From contig BCIN01000007.1 in assembly GCA_039545335.1 (NCBI GenBank), forward strand, positions 744,001 to 808,000: a DNA stretch of 64,000 bases, written 5' to 3'. A program made the position numbers and the translations under genes. This DNA is from Kondoa subrosea. Lineage: Eukaryota. Below are positions 49,319-60,649 of this stretch, piece by piece. The notes under the pieces were generated by a model. It searched no databases and was not told where the DNA came from. It was given only the letters and a program-made list of their open reading frames with translations. Numbering within the stretch: the stretch's first letter is position 1; every line of letters starts with the position of its first letter.

Positions 49319-50123
49319 CTGATAATCATCGTTTCAATGCTACAAGTAAACTTCGACTTTAAGACGAAATGCGTTCAGGCCTCTCTTCATTTTTTTTACA
49401 GGCGGCAATAGCTGATTGCAAAGTATATAGTGAAGCTTGATTAAGGGCTCTACAAGTAATCTCCGTAGAGGCGGCGCTTGCGCCAAAGTATAAGTCCTAT
49501 GCCCAAGTTCTCTCTCGCTTGAGTTTGTCTGAGCGACTGCCAGTTTTCAAAATAAGGGTAGCAAATCCAGCATCGATCAAGTGGATCATTTTGCAATGCT
49601 TGGACAAACTTCGCTGTGGGAGAAAGACCCGCATGATGAATTTTCGTCGACTGCATCTTGCTACGGACTACGAGCCGACTGCTGCTATGATGAGTCTCGA
49701 GAGATTTGTCCATCTTCTTTTTGTGTTCAAAGTCCACTGTTGTATTCGGGTCTTATGGAATGATCGATTCGACATGCAAAGCTGTCTATCTCTCTTTTCC
49801 GTACTTGAAGTGCAACAAGCATCGTCGTGTCATACATCTCCTCATTATCACACTCGCTGGCCTCATTATCTTCCGCGCTCTGTCTTGCCTTGCCTTGTTT
49901 GCGTGGTCTCCTTAGTTTCCTGCTGAAGCTGTAGTATACTTCCAATGGCAATACGCGATTTCCTTTATAGTACTTCAGGTTACGCAGTAATGTGTCTCTG
50001 ACTTCGCATTAAATACAATCAGAAGAAGGGCACGAGGCGGAACTTCGCTTACGTCTTGCTTTCTAGAACACTGAACGCCTTTTGCAATCTTTTCGCTTTA
50101 CGACGAGTCAGAAGTTACAAGTA

Positions 50124-51682
50124 ATGGCTATAATGGATGTAAGAGATAGACTCTTCGGTTCTCCAGATGTCATGTAAGTTTCAGTCGTTCTGGCATGTGG
50201 GTACAGCTCAAACTGAATGATAGGAACTTGATACTCAATTACTTTGTACCTGGACTTGCTCGTTTATCAGATAGAGGTCTTGTAAGAGGTGTGCCAGGTC
50301 AAGACATTGAAAGAGGATGTCAAGAGGAACATTACGAGATTTGTCTGAACTACTCGTACGTTTCGCTAATAAGTTACATGAAAGATAGCTCACCTATGTG
50401 TTTTTCTAGTCGGCAATCGTATGTTAACAAAAGTTGCGTTGCTTCACGATCTGATTGTTGCGCAGACGTCGGTCTTACATCGAAATCCCCTATCAGCCCG
50501 TCGATGATGAAGACGCCATGCAGAACAACAGTCGCTCTACTTCTTAAGACCTCCTATCACTGGCTCTTACCTGTCACACAATGTACGCCTTGTGCTTGCC
50601 AGCACTTCATCGGCGAATTCGATTTACTAGAAAAGGATCACCTGCTTTATTGGCTCAACTTCAAAAATATCCTCATCTAGCAAGAAATACAATAGAAGTG
50701 ATTTGTGGATTCAATGGGACCTGGAACACCAACAGCATCAGCCAGTTCCAATGTCTCGCGCTAATGTTGAGACCTCATCTCAGGTCTTTGCGACTACGGG
50801 GATTGCAGTGCACCAACAACGCTCATTTCAACCACTTCCTCACTCAAATGTCATATCTAAAGGCTCTCGAATGGTCAGCATGGACTGAAGAGGAGGACAG
50901 CGATTATTGCTTCGCGTTTGATGATGTTACCTTTCTACCTCCTCCTCCTCCACCTGGTGTTCTTGTACCAAAACCGCAACTTTCTTGTCTGCTCATCAGC
51001 GGCGACTGTACAATCATACCGATCCTCGATGTCTGTGTTTTGAGCTTCCTGCAACATCTAACAGTCACTTCAACAATCGCTGAAGATCATCGCCTTGGTC
51101 CAATTTTTATCTGAAGCCACAAGACTGAAGAAGCTGGTTCTTTCCGATTGCGTGGTCGATAGACAAGGATTACGCAAAATTCTGACAACACCTGATGGGC
51201 CGCCAATGGACTCGCTAGTGGTCTTGAAGATCACCTCTGAAAGCTTCCGACGTCAAAATTACTACAATTACGAATTCACGCCAACGGCAAATGAACTACT
51301 TCAACCCAGATTTGGGATGCAGATGAACATCATTAGCCTGCTTCAAAACCTTCGAGATCTGACTATTACCTGCGTTCATATTGGTTATTAAACTCTGATT
51401 GCTCTTCTGACCGATCTTCCCAAACTCCGAAATGTCAATTATCTTCTTCAGCCAGAGGATTTGCAAGATTCTGAAAACGCAATACTGGCTTCTATGCCAT
51501 TCATTTCTCGAGAACAAAGATATCAACTGGGTCTATGTCTGCGTTTTGTGGAACCCCTCCGTATTGAAGGAGCAAGACCTAAGTCAAAGCCGGATGCAGC
51601 TACACTTTGGATACAACTGGAGGAAGATTGGGGAGTAAAGCGTTTGCCTATGGATTGGTACACGAAGGATACAAGGTGCTGA
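50124..51682 (+). pseudogene. Disrupted F-box/LRR-like gene
   Basis: F-box-like DLLSLALTCHTMYALCLPALHR and LRR-like HLRSLRL, YLKALEW, RLKKLVL, NLRDLTI, LPKLRNV. In-frame TAA at 50545-50547 and 51389-51391, and a frameshift near 51095-51114. Confidence 0.65.
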
Positions 51683-52174
51683 AGCGGGTATGATTCAGCT
51701 CTCATCTATTGAAGTCCCTTGACTAAAATTTGGCCGCCGTAGCATGGTCATCTCATGGTCTATATCTACAAAGTCCTCTGTCTCATAAACTCTGCACTAA
51801 GTTTCAGTTCTACCATCTCAGCCTTTAGTCAACTCCAGTCTAAGTGGTCAGCTACATCCACATCTCATCGGTTCTTTGTCAACGTTTTTCCCGGTAGACA
51901 TGACTGCACCTTCATTCCGATATATTCTTCATGGCGAGATAGGTTGCTTCTTGTGTAGATCCAGCTCTAACTCGCCAGCTGTCTCGCTCGACTCACAAAG
52001 ACCTCTGAGAAAAGGCAACAGATGTGCTAGCACTTTGAACGTATGCTTGCACAGTAGTATAATCGAAAAGTAGCATTCCGAAGTAGTTTGTTCAGATTCT
52101 TGTACCTTACCTTTTGCCGCATAACCCTGTTTACATAATCTCGAACTTTCTGTTGCTGTTGAACAACCGAAGTC

Positions 52175-53081
52175 ATGACAGCCGACTCAGCTCACAGTGC
52201 CTCTAAGCTACGGCACGAATGGTATCAGAGCGAATCTCACGTCTTTGTATCTGTCTTTATCAAGAACTTGAAAGCGGACGATGTTAAATGCGAAGTGCAT
52301 GACCGCAGCGTGAGAGCTCCCTTCTTTTCATCACTCGCCTTCTACGTGCTAAATGTGTACATGGACAGGTCTCGCTGACTGTCAAATTACCTACTGGATC
52401 AGAAGCTGTGTTTGATTTGGATCCATTGGCTCGAAGTGTGGATGCTGCCAATTATTCTTGCAAGACAATGTCTACTAAAGTGGAAATCAAGTTACCTAAA
52501 GCTCAACCTGGTATCAAATGGAACGCCCTCGAAGGAGATGAAGAATCAGCTACAGCTACTTCAATGAGTGCGTTCTCGCTTGTCCGCACATATTATACGT
52601 GTGGTGAAAGTAGTGGAATGTACAGACTCTGCTTCTGAACGCAAAGGACCTTCTTACCCTTCGTCAGCGAGAAACAAAGGAGATTGGGACGCTGTAGTCA
52701 AAGCAGTCACTGAAGAAGAACAGAAGCCAGCAGACACAACCAAAGATCCAAATGCAGGAGGGGACAAAGAACTCAACAGTCTTTTCCAAAAGATCTATTC
52801 GGGTGCTTCAGACGAACAGAGAATGGCAATGATGAAATCGTATCAAGAAAGTAATGGAACCGCTTTGAGCACGGATTGGAGCGATGTCAAGAAGGGCAAA
52901 GTAGAGACAAAGCCTCCTGATGGTTAGTGAAATTGGGCTAGTCAGCTTTGTCCTGATCAGCATCCTGTTCCAACTAACAGGCTTAATCGCTAAACCTTGG
53001 AACGGTAAAGATGCAAAAGTGGAAGAGAAGGACGATGATTTCTTGTCGCATCTGAGAACAAACAAGGGGAAGAGCAAGTAA
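52175..53081 (+). CDS. SGT1: Sgt1 co-chaperone (CS + SGS domains, no TPR)
   Basis: RHEWYQS...STKVEIKLPKAQPGIKWNALEG; PSYPSS; LNSLFQKIYSGASDEQRMAMMKSYQESNGTALSTDW...VETKPPDG. Confidence 0.95.
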
Positions 53082-53225
53082 GAACCGACAGGATCTGAAA
53101 ACTGAAATCTATGCATTACACTTACACATCTATAACATACATCTATCCAAAACTAGTCTAGTCTCTACCTCTACACCTTCTCTACCTATTGCTGTTCTTG
53201 TGAACCCTGTTCCTCTACCTCTGCT

Positions 53226-54555
53226 TTATCTGGGCGATGCTGGTCTTGAAATTCCTCTGGACAGACATTCGTGAGCGTCAAGCGCAACAATGCCTTGCCA
53301 ATCAAAGCTCTGTCAGAAAGTCAGCTCTGTCTCATCCACTGACAAGACAAAGGATAACTCACAATTCCAGCCTCTCTTGCTGTGTCCTGCAACTGCCGAA
53401 CATCATCTTCAGTCCAGCCTCTTCTCATGCCCAAAGAAAACTTTTCTAATCCTCTACGTATCTCTTTCCAACTTCTCCATCGCCTCGATTTCCTTTTGAC
53501 CGCAGCACAAATTTCCCCTATATCCAACTCATCGAATGTACCTATCTTGAGTGATTGAAGTTTGCAAGGTGTAGTATCGAGTAAATAAACTACATCGAGA
53601 GAAGGAGCGACCAGTTCCAAGTGTTCTAGTTCAGGACACAGGAAATGGATTTCGTCTATTGTGATGTTCATTTCTTCTGATGAACCATTATAGAGTAAGG
53701 GTAAGAGTGTGTAGGGACTCGAGAATTGCTGATTCGGTTCGGCACAGAAATGGACGGTTAACCGCTTGAGTTGTGGAGCGTGGATGAGACCTTGAATAAG
53801 TTCAGAAGGGGACAAAGAAGTATCTGGTTGAATGATGCTTAATTCGCTCAGCGATACAGTGGCTGATAGTATAGAAAGCGTTGATTCGTCCATTCTTGCA
53901 TTGATCAAAGACAGGGAAGTGAGGGAGCATGGACCAGAAGATTTTGGTAGGGCCCAAACTTCTGGTGCAAGAGTCGACAATCCATTGAGATTGACTAATT
54001 CCAACCTCTTCCAGGAATGTGCTACTGCTGCCAAGTGCTGAGGCGCCCAATTCATATACAATCCAAGTTCATCCGACGGAGCGAACGATTTAAAGCTCAC
54101 TATGTACGCTCTGGTCAGCATGAATACGTGAATATACTTAAAGGCTCACCAGTCTTGAGCTGCGATCCCAGTATGCCTAGCGCAACCAAGATCTTGCTGA
54201 CCAAACGACTCGGTATTGGTGCGAAGGCAATACATTCCAGGTTTTGCATAATACCGAACGCTTCAAGCAGGGCCGCGTACATTTGAGCTTCTAGCTTGTA
54301 ATCGTAAATGATCACATCCAGAGAAAAGAATCGAACGAGGCTGAGCAAGCGGGGAGAGGAAGACAAGAAGCTGATTGCTTTGGGACCGCTGTTTGCTCGG
54401 ACATTGCGGTACAGTAAGGGAGTGCAAATATAGGCCAATTGCTTTGATACTCGAGTGCAATTGGCCAATGAGGAAAGATGACTCGGATCATGCTTATCGG
54501 ATGCTGCGATAAGGAAGTGATGGAGAATGTTGCTGTAGATATCGTGGTTGAGCAT
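53226..54555 (-). CDS. F-box/LRR-like protein
   Basis: MLNHDIYSNILHHF...LANCTRVSKQLAYICTPLLYRNV, then LRR-like WKRLELVNL, SLTSLSL, APQLKRLTV and CPELEHLEL. Confidence 0.7.
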
Positions 54556-55127
54556 AGTCGAGATCGCTGTTGGTGTAGAGCATTAAGAGTCCAAGCTGCG
54601 TGAGAGAGAGATCGATGGAAAGGGAAAGAGATCCAAAAGGGCAAGGCGAATCAATAATAACCGGTTATCGCGCTAGAGACATCGGTCTGATATGATGCTT
54701 GACGGATAGGGTACACTCGCTACATAGAGCTACAGAAGTCTCGTACGCTCAGTCAAAACGACCACCATAGATCGGAGAAAGCCAAAAGAGAGGATTGGTA
54801 TGGAGATTAGGCTGAACTTGTCTGTTTGCCCTGCCGACTTGGCTTAATGCTGAATATGTGACTTGGTATTATATGGCATGGTCGGGACAAGTATACCCGA
54901 TAGGCTTGAGTGAACTGACACGGAACAATCAGTGTATTCAATTAGACGTCGAAAGACAACCCACCTACCACTTTAGAATCCCGTAGTCCACTGAAATCTC
55001 GATATCTCTTGCATAGGGCAACACATGTATAGACATCATACTAGATTCTCTTCAGCAAATTATTGTGCCAATGAACCAGCACTCACCTGAATGTCATCTA
55101 TTTTACATCTCTTCCGAGTCTCTTCCT

Positions 55128-56710
55128 CTAGACTTCTGGTGGTCTAGTATCGAGCATCACATTCCTTGCTGAATTAACAATCTGTTCTTTTCTATCTCCT
55201 TCGTACAAAGCCGTAACGGATTCTCTTTCGATCCAACGGATGATGTTTTCTGTTTTAGGTGAAAAGACGGGTAAAGATTGATCTTCCGCTACTGGCACCA
55301 CAGGCGATAGAGTATAGGAGATGACTAGTGCGGAAAGAGCTCCTCCGTAGGCTCGAGAAATACCAGCTGTCAATGTTCGACATTATTGACGAATCAGCCA
55401 AAGCTGAACATCATGCGATAGCACTGACTGTCTATGAGCAACACTCGACCATTGCAACGTGATTTCACTCCCTCGAAATGAGGCGTATGACCCATGATCA
55501 ATCGCCGAACACCTAAATCAGCTCGGACTTGTTCCACCTGTCTGTAAGTGATGGTCGAGCTGCATCAGATTTAATCTGATGAGCAATCTCAGCTTCACTC
55601 ACTCGCATACCCTGCCTTCATCTTCGTCTAACGCATAGCCTCGATACCAAACAGGACCTTTCGCATCCAATTAGCACCACTCATCATATCGCAAAGAACA
55701 TCTCACCATTCTCGTCATACAAAGCTCTCTCGTCCATTGTTGTGTTCCGAGGTAGTCCCATAGGATTGATCAAAGGACCTGCAATCGCTTTCGCTAACAA
55801 ATTGTACCCAATCTCATTCATTGTATCGATCGGGTTTGTCCTTGAAGACCAAGATGGATGAATACCACCATGAACGAAAGAAGCTGCCGCTCCTAAGAAG
55901 AGATCTTCAGGTGGAGATGAAGGATCGGAAAGGAGTGGTTTTTGAGGTGAAGAGTTTATAGGAGAAGGAGTGTTTGGTTTAGGTAAATGTGGGAATTGGA
56001 CTGCGTAAGGTACTCGAGCTGTAATACTGTAGTTTCCTAGCCAAGTTTTACCAATCCAGCCTAATGATAAAATGAGATTGTAGAACAAGTCATGCTTCAA
56101 TAAGCTCACCTTGACCTGACATCGCTAGGCGTCTGTTTCTCTCGCCGTGGAATGTTTCGATATCGTCCTTCGTGACATATCGCCAATCACCAAACGCGTT
56201 CTATCCGATCAGATCTCAGCATTCCAAGATAGCGCAAAGTGATGAATGACTGACCATAAGTTCATGATTCCCTAAGAGACTGATGACTGCACCACCAGCC
56301 TTTGTAGCTTCCGCTCTGAGATTATCGAACAGATGATACAGAGCAATAGTATCTTTGCCTCTGTCCACAATATCTCCCGTCTGGACTGCAACGCTTCCCA
56401 TATCAGTACCCTTTAATTACAGCCTTGAGGAGGAAGACTGACCGAGTATAGTTGTTTTAGCTATCCACTTATTTCGATGATCCACAATTCCAGCAAATCG
56501 TAAAACTTTACAAGTCTGTTGTAAATCACCATGCAAATCTCCAACAGCTACTATACGTTGTGACCATTTCTTAGGTTGCCAAGTTTTGACTGATGTTCCG
56601 CGTCCTCCTCCATTTCGCGCACTTGAATTGCCAAGTGAAGTTGAAGGTGAAGCGAAGTAGTAATAGAGGAATACTAGAGTTACAGCTACGAAATACCAAT
56701 TCGAAGCCAT
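55128..56710 (-). CDS. Calcineurin-like metallophosphoesterase (Shewanella-like phosphatase type) with N-terminal TM anchor
   Basis: VAVGDLHGD, QTGDIVDRG, LLGNHE, FVHGG, WYRG, MGHTP and IDTGIS. Confidence 0.92.
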
Positions 56711-56839
56711 CCTGAGTAAATGCAAGGGTATAAAACCTTTTGGAAGTCAATGATATAACAGTTTCAAGAGTAAAATAATACATTGTCCATTCAGATGATG
56801 CTATGAGTGAATGACTACTACCACCAGCCTCTGTGTCTT

Positions 56840-57848
56840 CTAAGCGCGTCTAAAAACAGCGTTTCCTCCGACCAACATTGCGGCAACGCAAACTGAAACA
56901 GCCAAGAGTCCATTATTGCTCATGAGCGCTAAACCAGCAGAAGTAACGTTTCCAGCAGCTACGAACAAGCGCATGAGTTTCTGACTGAATGACTGTAGAA
57001 GGTTCAAACATACCGCTAGTGCCTAAGCAAAACAGTCAAAAGATCAACTTCTGTTACTTCTCAGTTGATCGAGAGATGACTGACCTGCGGAGACTACACT
57101 TCCGGCACCACCAGTAGCAGTAGAGAAAACCGAAACGGCTCCCTATCGCGAAAGAGATGAACAACAAATTCCAAAAGAAGTAGCTTAGCGAAACTTACAT
57201 TGGTTGCAGTACTGAATGCTCCTCCCGCTCCAGAGGTCACGGTGCTTGCTACTCCGGTTGCAACGGAAGCAGCTCCATCAGTAGCTCTTGAGAAGACGGC
57301 TGCCAAAAGTAATCTCTTTTAGCGTGTATTCCCTTTAGCTTGATAGAGATCGCAAACAAGTAACACCGTTGACCACGGTAGTTTGCTCAACTACGGCTGA
57401 GGTAGCAGTCTGCATGCGAAGAAGATTAGGACGAGGGAAAAGGTAGTAATGATACGAGCTACTCACGTCAAAAGCACCAGCAGCGCCTGATCATCGAAGG
57501 AACAAGTCAGTGTGGTCTTCAATAAGTAATCTAATGGAAGCTGACCTGAAGTGAGAGTGTTGAAAGCTCTGCCCTCAAAATCAGCTTGGTGCCCCTCGCT
57601 TACAGCAGACAAACAAACCCAGTGACCTGTGAGATTGCCCAAGCAAGATCAGTTGCTGACGCGACTGTAATCCGAATGGTGCACTCACACCAGAAGCGAT
57701 AGTTTCTCCAATCTGAAAAATCAGACTATAAGTCCAACAGCACCTGCCCGAAGGAAATTTCGCTTACTCCTCCGAAGACAGATGTGACTGCGCAGTGAAT
57801 GAGCCCTATGTACGACTGTGTGTCTCATAGAAGCTTACTTGCAGCCAT
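56840..57848 (-). CDS. Small Gly/Ala/Ser/Thr-repeat protein with a hydrophobic C-terminal tail, encoded by 11 mostly micro-exons
   Basis: GT-AG splicing gives one open frame: MAAITSVFGG-IGETIASG-VTGAFNTLTS-GAAGAFD-TATSAVVEQTTVVN-AVFSRATDGAASVATGVASTVTSGAGGAFSTATN-GAVSVFSTATGGAGSVVSA-GTS-AAGNVTSAGLALMSNNGLLAVSVCVAAMLVGGNAVFRRA*. Confidence 0.75.
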
Positions 57849-58086
57849 GTCTATGTAATGTTTGTGGTTTCGGTGCAAAAGGGCGGGATAAATATTTCAA
57901 AGTATTCTCGGCACAAGCGACCACTGACTGTACTGCTACGCCCATCCAGTTCTTTGCTTCTGGCTCTACTATCAACTAGCCCTTTCGTCTAAGATCTAGC
58001 AAAAGCAGCGAGTTCTGTGCCTTGCGCAGAAAAGTGACGTCTTGTAACGCGGGAAGTTGAGAAGCAAGGTTGCTTCACATTCAAAC

Positions 58087-60049
58087 ATGGTATCTGGTCG
58101 TCAAACTCGATTAGCGGGGAGCAGGATGAAACCTTACAAAGATGAGGAACGGGATCTGCAAGGCAATAATGACAGATTGTCGGGGAAAGCTCCTCAAGAT
58201 GCACAGAAATTGGAAGAGGTATTACTGCATTCTGCTTCGTTGTATCGATTATTGTACTCATACTGTTCTATTCAGGCTCAGAAACGAAGGTCGGACTTGA
58301 TTTCTTCACCGAAAAATTAAAGGGCTCTAGCTCATTATCGAGACAGAGATGAACTCAAGTCTGCTTTAGCAAAAGGCATGGAAGACTTCAATTTGGAGAA
58401 GTACAGAAGAAAGGAAGAATTTATCAAGGGCATCAAGAACAAACATGTTCGTTTTGATCAATTGAACTATTTTCATGGATGCGCTTATATGTCACCTGAT
58501 AGGTCAAAGCCTACTACGAAAGACAGAATGACAGGTAAATAATCACTGCAAAGGCAGAGAAATAAACTTAGGCCTTCAACTAGATTGAACGATTGGCTAG
58601 AAGTCGATACTTTGGTCAAGCATCTTTCAGACGATGTACTCGATTCCATGAATCGTCAGCTAGCTTTTCTTCCCTCCAGAAGTTTCCTTACCCTCTAATA
58701 GCCGATCCTGACGGTGATGGAGAACTTGATATTGATGGACCTTTACTCAAAAACAAGGGCGAAATCGATGCTTTCTTACCTCAAGAAGAAAGAGAGAAGC
58801 GAGCAAAGAATAAACGCAAAGCTAATATCGCTCTCAACGTCAATGTTGCAGCCAACATCTTGCTTCTTATAGCTAAAATCGTTGCCGTCTTTTCTTCTGG
58901 CTCATTATCTCTTATCGCAAGTTTGACGGATTCTGGCACGTCTATTCTTACTCCTCCTATGTCTATGCTAATCATCGTACAGCACTGGATCTTTTATGTA
59001 CAATGATCATCTGGACGACGTCCGTTTTAGTAGGCTGGAAACTTCAATCTTTGCGAACCAAGTTCCCTGTAGGAAGAAGGAAATTAGAACCTCTGGGTGT
59101 CTTGGTCTTTTCAATCATCATGGTAACTTCTTTTATTCAAATTTTGCAAGAGTCTGGAAAGAAACTTTTACCTTCTGGTAAACATGATGTAGTTACTTTG
59201 TCAACACTTGCGATTACTGCAATGGCTGGAAACGCTGTAGTTAAAGGTATCATCGGTTTAGGATGTATGTCTATCAAGACCAGTCAAGTGCAAGCATTAG
59301 TTCAAGGTAAAAGCCTGTTAATGCCAAACGATAGTTGCGTACTGATTTCTGGGTTCGATGTGGCAGATTGTTATACCGATGTCATCTTCAATACCGCTTC
59401 TCTCGCTTTCCCTCTCATTGGCCATAAATTCAACATTTGGTGGTTAGGTACGCACTGCTTCAGGAGACACTTTTATTGATCAATGGGATTGATCAATCTG
59501 GTAGATCCACTTGGCGCTTCTATTCTGTCTCTGTACATCATCTGTAGGCCTTTTCAGCCGCCTGGCCATATCGTAGAGACTGAACCAAAATTCGAACAGA
59601 CGATTGGGCTCACACTTGTCTCGAGAACGTTTCCCGCTTGACTGGAGTAGAAACGGACGAAAGAACTTATCAGAAACTCACTTACCTCGCTTGGCGTTTC
59701 TCTACGGTAGTAGATGGCTATAAATCAATAACAGCTTATCATGCAGGTGATGGAGTTTGGGCTGTGAGTTTTTTATCAGGTTGTTTACTTGTTCGTACGA
59801 CTGTGCTGAAAATGACGACCGGGGAAATACAGGAATATGATATCCTGTTGAAAGAAGATACACCACTACATCGGGCTCATGATATTTCAGAAACGCTTCA
59901 ATATTGCGCTGAAGGGTTGCAAGAGGTCGATAGGGCCTTCGTGAGTGCTGATTGTAAGTTTCTTGAGATGAGGTGAAAGAGTCGGTCGCTGATTGATGGA
60001 TACAGATGCTGTTCGCGGTCCAAGCGGGCATGATGATGGAAGCGGTTAA
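58087..60049 (+). CDS. Cation diffusion facilitator (Mn-CDF/MTP8-11-like) metal transporter
   Basis: YYERQND, ANILLLIAK...SGSLSLIASLTDSALDLL, FPVGRRKLEPLGVLVFSIIM, DCYTDVIFN, WWLDPLGA and HDISETLQY..EGLQEVDRAFV. Confidence 0.92.
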
Positions 60050-60649
60050 GCGCTGGCTATTTCAAGATGATTGTCAATTCTTTGCACAAACCATTCTGAC
60101 GAGTGCCCAAGGGCGTTCCTCACTTGCTCCATTCCGTTCTTTGTTTTGTATTCTTCGTCCGAGGCTGCCAAATTTTTGCTCTTGTTATTGCTCTTCTTCT
60201 CTTCCCATCTTGACTCATCAGTTATTTTCGATTGGACCGTAGCTCTGTCACAAAAGCAAGATCCTGCGAAATCAACTAGCATTCTTACAATGTCCGGTCT
60301 TTCGCGAGTGATATCTGTCGGTATGAAGACTTGCAGCCTATCTTCTTGAAACCTTACACATAAATCTGTCGACCTGATATCAGTCGCTCGCCTTTCCGGA
60401 TAATCTACCCTTCGGATATCTCATGTAATATTTTCCCAATCTTCTCGAAAACATGCGTTTTGCATCAGTCTATGCTTCCTTTACATCATGGGCAGACTCT
60501 ATCCTCTTCAGCATCACAGCTTGGCCTCGCATCAGATATCTCATAAGCCGAATTTTCGCGTCCCAAGGGCGCTCCACACAAATTCCCCACTCTCCGGTTT
60601 ATTGATGACAATCTTGTTTCTATTAACGGCCATTTTCTGATAACTCACT

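Noticed and set aside
49450..49951. Small ORFs between FHIP and the F-box relic
   Set aside because: No motif and no consistent splice model.
33913..51391. TAA reassignment (alternative genetic code) to explain three in-frame TAA codons
   Set aside because: TAA is the true stop of conserved genes here (helicase, CCDC25, RPS31, SGT1, CDF), and the F-box relic also has a frameshift.
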